Origin: Candidatus Latescibacterota bacterium | Lineage (GTDB): Bacteria; Latescibacterota; CBDEFO01 | Assembly: GCA_965237525.1 (NCBI GenBank) | Contig: CBDEFO010000008.1 | Span: 1,632,001 to 1,696,000 of the forward strand | Direction of reading: 5' to 3' | Length of the DNA: 64,000 nucleotides | Shown here: one piece after another, positions 21,862-31,839 of the stretch | Layout: every line of letters starts with the position of its first letter | Numbering within the stretch: position 1 is the first letter of the stretch | Program-made: the position numbers and the translations under genes | The notes under the pieces: model-generated | Told to the model about the DNA's origin: nothing | Seen by the model: the letters and a program-made list of their open reading frames with translations, nothing else | The model's database searches: none

Positions 21862-23679
21862 GTGACTCTTTTTTGTCGCTTAATATTCGGCGTCTGTATA
21901 TGTACTCTGCTTTTCCACATGTCCATTGGCTGGGCGGAGGGCGACGACAACTTTATGTCAGTCGATGAGATAAGAAGGGGGATGAAGGGAAAAGGAAAGA
22001 CGGTCTTTCAGGGGACGAAAATAGAGGAGTTCGATGTGGAGATATTGGGGGTGATGAAGAATTGGAGGGCGAAGGGAGATTTAATCCTGGCGAGACTTTC
22101 AGGAGGTCCTCTGCCTTTAGAGAAGACCGGGTTGATAGCGGGAATGAGCGGGAGCCCCATATACATTGATGGTAAATTGATCGGGGCGGTAGCTTATGGA
22201 TGGAGCTTTGCAAAAGAGCCGATCGCTGGAATCACTCCCATAACTGAGATGATAGACGTTCTGGAAAGGGGCTTGGATGGGGGATATGAAGCTTCAGGAA
22301 TAGGATTGATGGGAAAGCCGGGTGAGGGCGATAGCCAGTTGAGTATATCTGAAGATATGGTGTGGAGGCATACTGGATTGAGGGGAATTAGACTGGAGCC
22401 TGTGGGGACTCCGCTGGTGCTCTCCGGCTTCGATGTACGGGCGATTGACGCTATGGAAGACGAGTTGTCTACGTTCGGTTTTGTGACTCTGCAGGGAGGA
22501 GGCGGATCTGCAGAGGAGTATGGAGACATAGTTTTTGAACCAGGGGCGGCACTGGGAATTCAGTTTGTGCGAGGTGACCTGAGCGCGACAGGCATAGGGA
22601 CTTTAACTTACAGAGACGGGGATAAAGTGTTAGGCTTTGGACATCCTGCTTTCTTGACGGGAATTACCGATATCCCTATGACGGGAGCCTACATACACGA
22701 TGTTATTTCAAGTCAGAGCCACTCTTTCAAGATCGGAGGTGCCGCGGGATTGCTGGGGTCGGTCAGGCAGGATCGCAGTCCAGGGATAGGAGGAATAATC
22801 GGAGAGATACCCGATATGGTCCCTGTAACGGTCGTGATAGGTTCGGACGAGTACAGCTTTGAGGTGATAAGGCGTAGAGATTTCGGACCGTTTTTTGTGC
22901 GGTATTCTCTGTTCAGCTCTGTTATGTCCGCTGAAAAGTTATTCGGCGATGCGACGGTGAAGGTTAAATCAAAAGTGCAATTGGAGGGACATCCAGACCT
23001 GGAGCTTGAAAATGTCTATTCGGGATCTGGGTCTTTATTTCGGTATTCGCGGTCCGGGTCTTTACTTGGGACTATCTATGAGATTTCCCAGCCACTGTTT
23101 TTGCTGGCCAAAAATGATTTTGAGAGGGTGAATCTAAAGGGGGTGGAGTTTGAGATAGATGTGGAGGAGAAGATCCAGTCGGCGAAGATCGAAAAGATCA
23201 GCGCGGATAAGGAGATCTTCAAGCCGGGAGATGAGGTGGATGTATCTGTTATCTTGAAGCCGAATCTGGACAAAAGGTTTGAGGTAAAAGGGTCTTTGAA
23301 GATACCCGAGTGGGTCTTGGATGGGAGATTGACTCTACTTGCGGGGGATGCTGGTTCAAGCCAAAGCGCTGAGATCAAAAGGGCGCCGGACAGGTACGTT
23401 CCAAGAGACCTGGACGACTTGCTGAGATTGATCTCGGAAAAAGGACGAAACGACGAGATAGTGCTTGTGCTCCTTTCACAAGATCGCGGGGTGACCATAG
23501 ACGGCAGGGAACTGCCTGACCTGCCGGGGTCCTTCCTTTCCCTGTTTGAATCGCGTAAGGAATCCGGAGAGACAAAAGCGGTAGGCGGGGCAATTTTAGA
23601 TAAACAGAAGGTAAAGACAGATTTCGTGGTGGTAGGGAGTCGAAGCTTATCTTTGACTGTGGATAGGAATGTAAGGTAG
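21862..23679 (+). CDS. Secreted SpoIVB-like peptidase S55 domain protein
   Basis: Signal peptide; GLIAGMSGSPIYIDGKLIGAVAYG; GTLTY...VLGFGHP. Confidence 0.88.
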   Translation: MTLFCRLIFGVCICTLLFHMSIGWAEGDDNFMSVDEIRRGMKGKGKTVFQGTKIEEFDVEILGVMKNWRAKGDLILARLSGGPLPLEKTGLIAGMSGSPIYIDGKLIGAVAYGWSFAKEPIAGITPITEMIDVLERGLDGGYEASGIGLMGKPGEGDSQLSISEDMVWRHTGLRGIRLEPVGTPLVLSGFDVRAIDAMEDELSTFGFVTLQGGGGSAEEYGDIVFEPGAALGIQFVRGDLSATGIGTLTYRDGDKVLGFGHPAFLTGITDIPMTGAYIHDVISSQSHSFKIGGAAGLLGSVRQDRSPGIGGIIGEIPDMVPVTVVIGSDEYSFEVIRRRDFGPFFVRYSLFSSVMSAEKLFGDATVKVKSKVQLEGHPDLELENVYSGSGSLFRYSRSGSLLGTIYEISQPLFLLAKNDFERVNLKGVEFEIDVEEKIQSAKIEKISADKEIFKPGDEVDVSVILKPNLDKRFEVKGSLKIPEWVLDGRLTLLAGDAGSSQSAEIKRAPDRYVPRDLDDLLRLISEKGRNDEIVLVLLSQDRGVTIDGRELPDLPGSFLSLFESRKESGETKAVGGAILDKQKVKTDFVVVGSRSLSLTVDRNVR

Positions 23680-23693
23680 TCTGGAGGTTATAT

Positions 23694-25841
23694 ATGTTGA
23701 GGTTGCTTCACTTTGCTCGCAATGACATTGTTTGTCTTTCGGTAATGTCGCTTTTGACCTTCATTACAGCAGGGCATGTGTATCGGGCGGAAGCTGTGAC
23801 TCCGATTATATGGAAGGATAACACGCAGGGGACATTCCAGAAGGGAAAACCGGAGAATGTGACGATCACAAGCGACGGGAAATTGAAGATAGCTCCGGAT
23901 TTTGATGAGGTGGCAGATATGGGACAGGAGCACGTATGGTGCTTGGCTTATGGGAAGGATGGTATGCTATATGTGGGGACAGGAAACGAAGGCAAGGTGT
24001 TTAAGGTTTCACCAGGTGGGGAGGCTGTCCTGGTGTTTGATTCGCCTGAGGTGGGGATTCACAGTTTGGCTGTGGATAGCGAGGGGAACGTCTATGCTGG
24101 ATCTTCGCCGGACGGAATTGTATATAGGATCGGACCTGATGGGGAGGCTTCCACGTTCTGCTCGACAGGGGAAACCTACATCTGGGCTTTGGTCCTGGGT
24201 TCAAAGGGCGAACTCTTCGCAGGGACAGGTGGAGGGGGGAAGGTGATCAGGATATCAAAGGATGGGAAGGTCGAGGATGTCTATGATCCGCCGGACGGGC
24301 ACGTTATGTGCCTTATAAGTGATGGCAACGGATGGCTCTACGCTGGGACTGAAGGCGACGGTGTGGTGTATAGAATCTCGGAGGACGGCGACGTAAGGGT
24401 GCTCTTTGACGCGGATGAGAAAGAGATTCACTCACTGGCCCTAGGTGATGGCGGAATTCTATACGCCGGGGCCATTCCCGGAAAGGGAAATCCAGGAGAA
24501 GCGCATCCAACTGTGCCTCTTCAAGCGCCTCAAGCATCAGCGAGACGATCTGGGATGGAGGGATGTTCCCTCTATAAGATATACCCTTCAGGGGCGTCAG
24601 CAAGGTTGTGGAAGAGCGGTCAGCCACTGCTCTTGTCTATGCTCCGCGATGAGCACGAGGGTGGAATTTTAGTAAGCACGGGGGACGAAGGGTACATATA
24701 CTGGGTGATGCCTGACGGCAGGTGGAGTACAGTGACCAGGTTGAAGGATGCAAAGCCGTCTGTGCTCTTTCGGGGAACTGAGGGCGAAGTCTTTGTGGGG
24801 ACGAGCGGTTCGGGATCGGTCTACAAGCTGAGTTCTGGCTATTCAAAAGAAGGGACGTTTGAATCGGATGTTCACGACTTCACGATCAATTCATCGTGGG
24901 GAAGGATGACCTGGAGGGGGGTATTCCCCAAAGGTACAGAGGCCCAGTTTCAAACCAGGTCGGGGAATGTGAAAGAGGTGGACGATACGTGGAGCGATTG
25001 GTCAAATATCAAGAAGAACGGAGATCAGATTTCCAGTCCCCCCGGGAGATTTCTCCAGTATAGAGCTACGCTGACCACTTCAGATAAATCTAAAACCCCC
25101 CTTTTGGGGGAGGTCTCGTTAGCAGGGCTTCAGGAGAACTTAGTGCCCCAACTGGAGACTGTGCAACTGTATCCCTACAGGGGTAAGGGGGGCGGACTGC
25201 CGGGCAACGGCAAAATGGGACAAAGTCAGCCAGGTGGCCCTGAGGCCCTGAGACAGGGTCCTCCGGGTTCGCCAAAACCCCAGACTATGAAGAATAGCTT
25301 ATGGATGATAAAGTGGCAGGCCCACGACCCCAACGATGATGCCTTGGTGTATGACCTATTCTTTAAGGGCGCAGAAGAAAAGGATTGGAAGGTTCTAAAG
25401 GAGGATCTGAAACCACCTTTCTATATCTGGGATACAGAATCGGTGCCAGATGGGACGACCTTAATTAAGGTCTTGGCTTCGGATAGACCGAGTAATCCTG
25501 AGGATATGGCCCTTTTGTCTGAGGGGATAAGTGATCCTTTTGAAATAGACAACACACCTCCTTCGGTGGACAAGTTAAAGGCCCAGAACTTTGGAAATGG
25601 GACGATCTCTGTGAAGGGCCAGGTAGTGGATGCGACCAGTCCGGTGGTAAGGGGAGAATATTCTATAGATTCTGTTCAATGGGTGGTGTTCTTCCCTCAA
25701 GATCGTATATTTGATTCAAAGGTGGAGAGGTTTTCTTTTACTATAGATGGATTGTCCGAAGGTGAGCATACTATTGTGGTAAGAGTAAGCGATTCACTGG
25801 GGAACATGAGTGCAGGTAGGGCGATTGTGAATATTAAATAG
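23694..25841 (+). CDS. Secreted beta-propeller protein with C-terminal Ig/FN3-like domains
   Basis: Repeated LYxGT..GxVYRI blades; WQAHDPNDD, IDNTPP; GGAGG RBS. Confidence 0.8.
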   Translation: MLRLLHFARNDIVCLSVMSLLTFITAGHVYRAEAVTPIIWKDNTQGTFQKGKPENVTITSDGKLKIAPDFDEVADMGQEHVWCLAYGKDGMLYVGTGNEGKVFKVSPGGEAVLVFDSPEVGIHSLAVDSEGNVYAGSSPDGIVYRIGPDGEASTFCSTGETYIWALVLGSKGELFAGTGGGGKVIRISKDGKVEDVYDPPDGHVMCLISDGNGWLYAGTEGDGVVYRISEDGDVRVLFDADEKEIHSLALGDGGILYAGAIPGKGNPGEAHPTVPLQAPQASARRSGMEGCSLYKIYPSGASARLWKSGQPLLLSMLRDEHEGGILVSTGDEGYIYWVMPDGRWSTVTRLKDAKPSVLFRGTEGEVFVGTSGSGSVYKLSSGYSKEGTFESDVHDFTINSSWGRMTWRGVFPKGTEAQFQTRSGNVKEVDDTWSDWSNIKKNGDQISSPPGRFLQYRATLTTSDKSKTPLLGEVSLAGLQENLVPQLETVQLYPYRGKGGGLPGNGKMGQSQPGGPEALRQGPPGSPKPQTMKNSLWMIKWQAHDPNDDALVYDLFFKGAEEKDWKVLKEDLKPPFYIWDTESVPDGTTLIKVLASDRPSNPEDMALLSEGISDPFEIDNTPPSVDKLKAQNFGNGTISVKGQVVDATSPVVRGEYSIDSVQWVVFFPQDRIFDSKVERFSFTIDGLSEGEHTIVVRVSDSLGNMSAGRAIVNIK

Positions 25842-25924
25842 AGTTGTTGGATCGTTCTTCGTTAGACAAGAATGTCTGACCCACCGATACTTCTTGGGAA
25901 ACATAGGAAGTGTTTCTTGCCTAC

Positions 25925-25945
25925 CCACGATTGAATCTATCGGGG
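25925..25945 (+). repeat. 21-bp palindrome, copy 3
   Basis: ccacgattgaatctatcgggg. Confidence 0.9.
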
Positions 25946-25970
25946 GCTAACCGAAGAGAGGGCAGAGTCC

Positions 25971-26831
25971 TTGAGCTCCACGTTTAGCATTTTGGTGTCC
26001 GACGGGGATAGATCGCTCGAGAAGTATCTTGAGGAGATCAGAAATTGTGAACCTCTATCTTCGGGTGAAGAGCGGGATATAGCGACAAGTATAAGAAATG
26101 GGGATACGAAGGCAAGAAACAGGCTCGTACTGGCAAACTTGAGATTCGTGGTGAATGTTGCCATGCATTATCAGAATCAAGGGATATCTCTGGCAGACCT
26201 TATCAATGAGGGAAATGTAGGGCTGATTACGGCAGCGGAAAGGTTCGATGGTAATAAGGGCTTTAAGTTCATCTCGTACGCTGTGTGGTGGGTACGTCAG
26301 GCAATATTGGGTGCCTTGGCAGAGCAGACCAGGATAGTCAGGATGCCTTTGAATAAGGTAGGCCTGTTGTCTAAGATCTTCAATACGTCAAGTCTACTTC
26401 AGCAGGAGATGAATGGGAAGGTGGACATAGGGGAGATAGCTCAGGAGTTGAATATCCCGGAAAAACAGATAGAGGACGTCCTGACAAGCGCTCTGAGGGC
26501 TTACTCCTTGGATGCATCGTTGGGAGGTGACGACGAGAGGATCTTGATGGATGTGTTAGAGGACGAGGCGCAGGAACTTCCAGATGCTCTTTTGATGGGG
26601 AACTGTCTGGCTCAGGATTTAGCGGAAGTTCTAGACACCTTAGAGGAGCGAGAGGCGGAGATCATAAGGCTCTATTTCGGTCTGGGCGACATAGAGCCCC
26701 TGACTTTGGATCAAATAGGCGAACTTTATGGGCTGACAAGAGAAAGGGTCAGGCAGATAAAGGAGCGAGCGTTAAATAGACTGCGACATCCGGTCAGGTC
26801 TAAAAACCTTAGACCTTATGTGGAGAGCTAA
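25971..26831 (+). CDS. RpoD/SigA-family sigma-70 factor (short form, no region 1.1)
   Basis: ANLRFVVNVA, DLINEGNVGL, GFKFISYAVWWVRQAI, LTRERVRQIKE. Confidence 0.93.
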   Translation: MSSTFSILVSDGDRSLEKYLEEIRNCEPLSSGEERDIATSIRNGDTKARNRLVLANLRFVVNVAMHYQNQGISLADLINEGNVGLITAAERFDGNKGFKFISYAVWWVRQAILGALAEQTRIVRMPLNKVGLLSKIFNTSSLLQQEMNGKVDIGEIAQELNIPEKQIEDVLTSALRAYSLDASLGGDDERILMDVLEDEAQELPDALLMGNCLAQDLAEVLDTLEEREAEIIRLYFGLGDIEPLTLDQIGELYGLTRERVRQIKERALNRLRHPVRSKNLRPYVES

Positions 26832-26929
26832 ACTAAAACAAGTAATGATATAGTTTTGTAGCTTGATCAATTCATCTGTCCACGCTCATCCATCGGGATG
26901 AGTATTTTTCATCATATTGTTTTGAGCCT

Positions 26930-27336
26930 TTCAGACAAAATTTTATCGGCATATTCTCGGGAATCCTTGTAGGCATAATCCTCTCTTTGGGCGACTTTTA
27001 CAAAGGGCCTGTAGAGGGGATTTTAGCTTACTATAGGTACTTTCTTCATAAGGCTTTTGAAGATGATCATTATGCCTTTGATCCTGGCGTCTATGATCAC
27101 GGGGGGTTCCAGCTTAGGGGATATCAGGAATCTAGGGACTATGGCTATCGTGTTTAAAGCCGTGGGACTCCCGCTGGAAGGGATAGGTATCATATTAGCT
27201 GTAGATCGCGTATGCTATATGTGCAGGACTTCATTAACGTGTGGGGAGACTGTATAGGAGCTGCGGTCGTGGCAGAGAGCGATAGCAAGATGGAGGGGAA
27301 AAGGGCTGAAGATAAGGAAGTCGTAGGTGTTAAATA
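26930..27336 (+). pseudogene. Dicarboxylate/amino acid:cation symporter (GltP family) remnant with a large internal deletion
   Basis: N-terminal FIRLLKMIIMPLI fused directly to C-terminal VGLPLEGIGIILAVDR..RT..NVWGD; frameshifts. Confidence 0.8.
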
Positions 27337-27383
27337 ATGCGTCTATAAGGTGAAAAGACAGGCTCTCCGAGATTTGAAATAGT

Positions 27384-27404
27384 CCCCGATTGAATCTATC
27401 GGGG
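27384..27404 (+). repeat. 21-bp palindrome, copy 4
   Basis: ccccgattgaatctatcgggg (consensus). Confidence 0.92.
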
Positions 27405-27419
27405 ATGTAGGGGTTTTTT

Positions 27420-27845
27420 ATGACATTTGAATATTTTGACCACGAAGCAGATGTTGGAGTAATAGGAATAGGAAAGACATTAGAGGAGGCGTTTGAAGAA
27501 GGGGCTAAAGGTGTGATGGAGTTGATGGCTGATGTTGAAGGTATAGATGTGGACACGGAGATGGATTTCGAGTGCAGAAGCGTCGATTTAGAAGCACTCT
27601 TTGTGGATATGATAAATGATCTTTTAGCCTGGAGGGATATAGAAGGAGTATTCTTGGCGAGTGTAGACGTGTGGGTGATTGAGGAGGTAGAGGACGGTTG
27701 GAGGTTGGGGGGGACGTCGTACAGTGGGAAGATGAACAGGGAGAAAGGCGAGTTCAGAAGCGAAGTAAAAGCTGCCACGCACTGCGGGTTCGTGCTTGAA
27801 AAAGGCGATGGAGAGTACAAAATAGGTTGCGTTGTGGATGTTTAA
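27420..27845 (+). CDS. Archease
   Basis: FEYFDHEADVG, GKTLEEAF, EVKAAT, C-terminal VVDV. Confidence 0.88.
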   Translation: MTFEYFDHEADVGVIGIGKTLEEAFEEGAKGVMELMADVEGIDVDTEMDFECRSVDLEALFVDMINDLLAWRDIEGVFLASVDVWVIEEVEDGWRLGGTSYSGKMNREKGEFRSEVKAATHCGFVLEKGDGEYKIGCVVDV

Positions 27846-27907
27846 GGAGCGCAGCAGACATCAACAGTCCAAAGCACAATGTTAGATAGGGAAAAGTAAA
27901 GACAACT

Positions 27908-28585
27908 GTGGGTAACGATCTTCCCGAATATGTGATAAAAAGAGCGAACAGTCCTGTAAGAATAGACGGCGTCCTTGATGAGGAGGATTGGAAGGCGTGC
28001 AGGAGCGTGGGGGACTTTAAGTTTCCCTGGCATAAGCAAGGTGAAAAGGAACATACCGTAACCAAGCTCTTATGGGACGATGAGTATCTCTACGTGAGTT
28101 ATTATTGCTACGACAGACATATATCGGCGTACGCGACAGAGAGAAATGGTCCTGTATATAGGGACGATTGCGTCGAGATATTTGTGAGCCCCGATTCCGG
28201 GAACGTGGAGAATTATTATACTTTTGAGATGAACTGCGTAGGAACGAGATTGAATCAGATCGTCGTGGACTGGCTCTTTGGGGAGCAGTTATGGTGGAAT
28301 CCACAGGGTGTCCTGTTAGGTCACTCTGTGGATGGTCCAACCAAAGATGAATCTCCCGACGACCGCTTCTGGACTATTGAGCTTGCGGTCCCTCTGTTCA
28401 ACTATAAGAGGGATGCTCCTCATATTCCTCCTGAAGATGGGGACGAATGGAGAGTAGGATTGAACAGATGCGGCGGAGTTAAAAATCAGCAATACAGCAT
28501 GTGGTCTCCAGGGGACACGGCTGGGCCCAATTTTCACGTTCCTCGATACTTTGGAAGGATGTTCTTCTCCTCGGAAAGAGTTTAG
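27908..28585 (+). CDS. CBM9-like (DOMON-type) carbohydrate-binding family protein
   Basis: IDGVLDEEDW, LLWDDEYLYV, DDCVEIF, WTIELAVP, WRVGLNR, FHVP..FG. Confidence 0.8.
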   Translation: MGNDLPEYVIKRANSPVRIDGVLDEEDWKACRSVGDFKFPWHKQGEKEHTVTKLLWDDEYLYVSYYCYDRHISAYATERNGPVYRDDCVEIFVSPDSGNVENYYTFEMNCVGTRLNQIVVDWLFGEQLWWNPQGVLLGHSVDGPTKDESPDDRFWTIELAVPLFNYKRDAPHIPPEDGDEWRVGLNRCGGVKNQQYSMWSPGDTAGPNFHVPRYFGRMFFSSERV

Positions 28586-28654
28586 GAGGACCATTACAGA
28601 CAGCATGATTAGATCAGAGCTTCATCAGAGCTTCAGTAGAAAAGGAGTCGAGCT

Positions 28655-29488
28655 GTGGAAAAGATGGCAATCGGCACAATTATAAGTTTAGGAGACGATC
28701 CTGCGGGAAATCTGAACAGAGTCAAAGAGAGGCTGGGTCTTACGAATGTGCAGGTTTTGTGTCCACCTGACGAGTTCTATAGAGGGGAGAAGAAAGAGGA
28801 ACTTATCCGGACTATAAATGATTCGGGAGTTACGATCACGACTATGTTCCTGCATTTTGAAGGGGAAAGTTACTCTGACATTCTGACAATCAGAGAGATG
28901 GTCGGTTTTCTAAATCCCAAGTTCAGGGATGAGCGCCTCCAAATATCCTTCAGGATTTCGGATCTAGCGAGGGAATTGGGAATAGATAAGATAGCAGCTC
29001 ATATAGGTTTCATACCCGAAGGTCCGAACGATTCCAACTATTTGCCTATGGTCGAGGCAGTAAGAAAACTTGCGGATCACTGCGCGGCTAACGGGCAGGA
29101 TTTCTGCCTCGAGACGGGCCAGGAGGTGGCTCTTGTGCTCCTAAGGTTCATAAAGGATGTGGACAGACATAATCTGAAGGTGAACTTCGATCCTGGAAAT
29201 ATGGTCCTATACGGATCGGGAGACCCGATTGAGGCTCTGGATATGGTGAAGGATTACGTGGTAAGCGTGCACGCCAAGGACGGAAAGTGGCCTCAAAATG
29301 AGGGCGAATTGGGGACGGAGTATCCCTTAGGCGAGGGCGACGTCGGTATGGACAGGTTTATCGCAACACTCAAGGAGATAGGATATGAAGGTCCTATAAC
29401 TATCGAAAGGGAAATCACAGGAGAACAGCAGATGAAGGATATCCTGTCTGCGATAGACCTTTTGGAGGAGTTGAAAAAGAACGCATAA
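28655..29488 (+). CDS. Sugar phosphate isomerase/epimerase (xylose isomerase-like TIM barrel)
   Basis: LETGQE, VNFDPGN, VHAKDG, LGEGDV, TIEREI. Confidence 0.88.
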   Translation: MEKMAIGTIISLGDDPAGNLNRVKERLGLTNVQVLCPPDEFYRGEKKEELIRTINDSGVTITTMFLHFEGESYSDILTIREMVGFLNPKFRDERLQISFRISDLARELGIDKIAAHIGFIPEGPNDSNYLPMVEAVRKLADHCAANGQDFCLETGQEVALVLLRFIKDVDRHNLKVNFDPGNMVLYGSGDPIEALDMVKDYVVSVHAKDGKWPQNEGELGTEYPLGEGDVGMDRFIATLKEIGYEGPITIEREITGEQQMKDILSAIDLLEELKKNA

Positions 29489-29617
29489 AAAAAATAGTGA
29501 TCAGTCAGAAGAAAAGAGTACATCAACCTCCTGTATTCAGACTACAATTTTGAATCTCTAAACATTGTTCGGACTATCTTGACCTGGTATTTGATTGAAG
29601 ATTGGAGGCGGTTAAAA

Positions 29618-30076
29618 ATGCTTGAAGTAGGAGACAAGGCTCCCGATTTTACGTTGATGTCAGCGGATAATAAAGCGGTTTCTCTGCAGGACTTTCAGGA
29701 CAGAGCCAAGGTAGTGCTCTACTTCTATCCTAAAGACGATACTCCGGGATGCACGAAGGAGGCCTGCTCGTTCAGAGACAATTTAGAGCCCATAGAGTCC
29801 AAAGGAGCGGTGATTTTGGGGATCAGCCCGGATGGGGTAGATGCCCACAGCGACTTTGCGAAGAAGTATAACCTCCCATTTACCTTGCTTTCCGACCCGG
29901 ACAAGGTAGTTGCAGATGCCTACGGGGTCTACAAAGAAAGGACAATGTACGGCAAGAAAAGCATGGGCATAGAGCGGAGCACGTTCATCATTGGAAAAGA
30001 GGGGAATATAGAGCACATCTTCAGAAGAGTACGGGTGGACGGACATACTCAAAAAGTTCTTGAAAAGCTGGCCTAA
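29618..30076 (+). CDS. bcp: Thioredoxin-dependent thiol peroxidase (Bcp)
   Basis: YFYPKDDTPGCTKEACSFRD, LLSDPD, ERSTF. Confidence 0.95.
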   Translation: MLEVGDKAPDFTLMSADNKAVSLQDFQDRAKVVLYFYPKDDTPGCTKEACSFRDNLEPIESKGAVILGISPDGVDAHSDFAKKYNLPFTLLSDPDKVVADAYGVYKERTMYGKKSMGIERSTFIIGKEGNIEHIFRRVRVDGHTQKVLEKLA

Positions 30077-30179
30077 GCTGGAGGATGAAAATCAGTATAG
30101 ACCAGTAAGAGCGAACCCATGAGGGGGCAGCGGACAGTGGGAAGTGGCAACACTCTGGGAAGGGTTCGCCGGTAATCTC

Positions 30180-30206
30180 AGGGCAGACGTGCGTGTCTGC
30201 CCCTAC
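30180..30206. repeat. GTAG-type REP hairpin
   Basis: agggcagacgtgcgtgtctgcccctac; relatives at about 37315, 37375, 48700 and 51226. Confidence 0.65.
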
Positions 30207-30218
30207 AGGGAGTTGGAT

Positions 30219-31610
30219 ATGAAGAGATGTATCCTCATTACATTCCTGCTTGTAGGGAGCCTATTACCCCCTTTTTCTGCACGGGGACAGACGCTGAGTA
30301 AGTTAAGGCTACTCTACACCACGCAGGGCAAGGGAGAGTTAGAACCCTGTGGGTGAAAGAAAGCACCGCTTGGCGGTCTTGCCAGGCGAGCCACTTTCAT
30401 AGACAGCCTGAGATCCGTCAGCGCGTCTTTATTGCTCGTGGATGCTGGGGGGGCGCTGTTTCAAAATTTCCTCATCCCTGACCATCTTCAGGAGCAGTGG
30501 TTAAAGAAGGCGGCTGTGGTCAAACGGACTTACCTCGATATGGGATACGATGCAGTTAACGTGGGTCTTCTTGATCTGGCTGAGGGAGTCTCTTTTTTAG
30601 CTGAGGCTGATGGTGCAAAATCTTTGCCCTTAGTATCAGCAAACCTGGTACAAAAGGATTCAAAAGAACCCCTTTTCGACCCTTATTTGATCAAGACCGT
30701 AAATGGCATAAAATTCGGCATCTTCGGCCTTTTGGAGGATGAATTTTCATATATCCAAAAGATGGAAGACGGTCTTGTAATTGAGGACCCCATAGAAGCT
30801 GCAAGACAAACGGTCCAATTACTCAGGGGGACGTGCGATTTCATTGTCGCCTTGGTGGATTTAAGGCAAGAAGTGACGGTCAGACTGGCGTACAAGGTCC
30901 CTGGAATCGACATCATTATCGGAGGGTCTGACAGCAAGCCCATTCGGAATCCTTCCGAGTACAACGGAGCGTTGCCCTTACACGCAGGTTCACAGGGCAA
31001 GTATATAGGACAGTTGGAACTGATCCAGCAAGATCCCGCTTTCCCAAATCGCAGAACCCTTGGGAGCTACAGTTACATACACACTCTGACCGCTCTGGAC
31101 AAAAATATCAAGAGCTATCCGAAAATACAGGCCATGGTAGATCGGTACAAGGCCGAGATTCGTCAGATAGAGCAGGCCAGATTAATAACAGACAAGGATG
31201 CAGTGGAGGTGGAGGGTCTCAGGTTCGTGAGCGATCTTGAGTGTCGAATGTGTCACGAGGGCAGGTACGAGTTCTGGCTGTCGACCCCGCATGCACGCGC
31301 TTATCAGACCTTGCAAAAGGCAGGTCAGGAGTTGGACCCCGAATGCATCGGCTGTCACACTGTCGGCTACCTTACAAGTGGAGGGTTTTGGCATCCCAAT
31401 CAAGTGGGGAATCTCAAAGACGTCCAGTGCGAATCGTGTCACGGCGCCGGGAGCCAGCACCTGGAGGGGGACATAGAGCAGATGCGCTCCCGGACTGTCA
31501 AAGAGAGCGCCTGTCTTTTCTGTCATACAGATGAGCGCGATGATCATTTTAATTTCGCTGCCACGTTTATGAACGTATGTCAGGATCCCTCCCGAACAAG
31601 TAGACAGTAG
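30219..31610 (+). CDS. Periplasmic selenoprotein: UshA-like domain with CxU motif fused to a tetraheme cytochrome c (c554-like) domain
   Basis: ORFs 30144..30356 and 30432..31610 are in frame across TGA 30354..30356 (GELEPCG-U-KKAPLGGLARRAT); SECIS hairpin; CRMCH, CIGCH, CESCH, CLFCH; signal peptide. Confidence 0.88.
30368..30387 (+). promoter_or_regulatory. Bacterial SECIS-like hairpin
   Basis: GCTTGGC-GGTCTT-GCCAGGC, a 7-bp stem with G-led loop, starting after an 11-nt spacer from the UGA. Confidence 0.75.
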
Positions 31611-31618
31611 CCCCCGAA

Positions 31619-31639
31619 CCACGATAGACTCAACCGGGG
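31619..31639 (-). repeat. 21-bp palindrome, copy 5 (degenerate)
   Basis: ccacgatagactcaaccgggg. Confidence 0.7.
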
Positions 31640-31839
31640 CTAGACAGGGCAGCGCCTCCCCTCCCTCTGCACTGACCTTTTCTTGCGACCATGCCTACCT
31701 TTTTGCTTTTCTGAATCCTCTCACCAGATTTCACTTGGCTTTTGTCCTTATATTTGCTATAATTTATACTGAGATCTTTAATCCAGATCATGTGTGGAAG
31801 GTGATTCCGGCAATTTAAACCTTTTGGCCACAAGATCCA

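Noticed and set aside
30144..30356. Independent 70-aa ORF and separate 392-aa ORF at 30432
   Set aside because: They are one frame joined by a Sec UGA; the first 25 codons of the short ORF overlap REP DNA
31745..31780. dif site near the skew change
   Set aside because: No XerD-like TTATGTTAAAT arm; looks like a TATAAT promoter element
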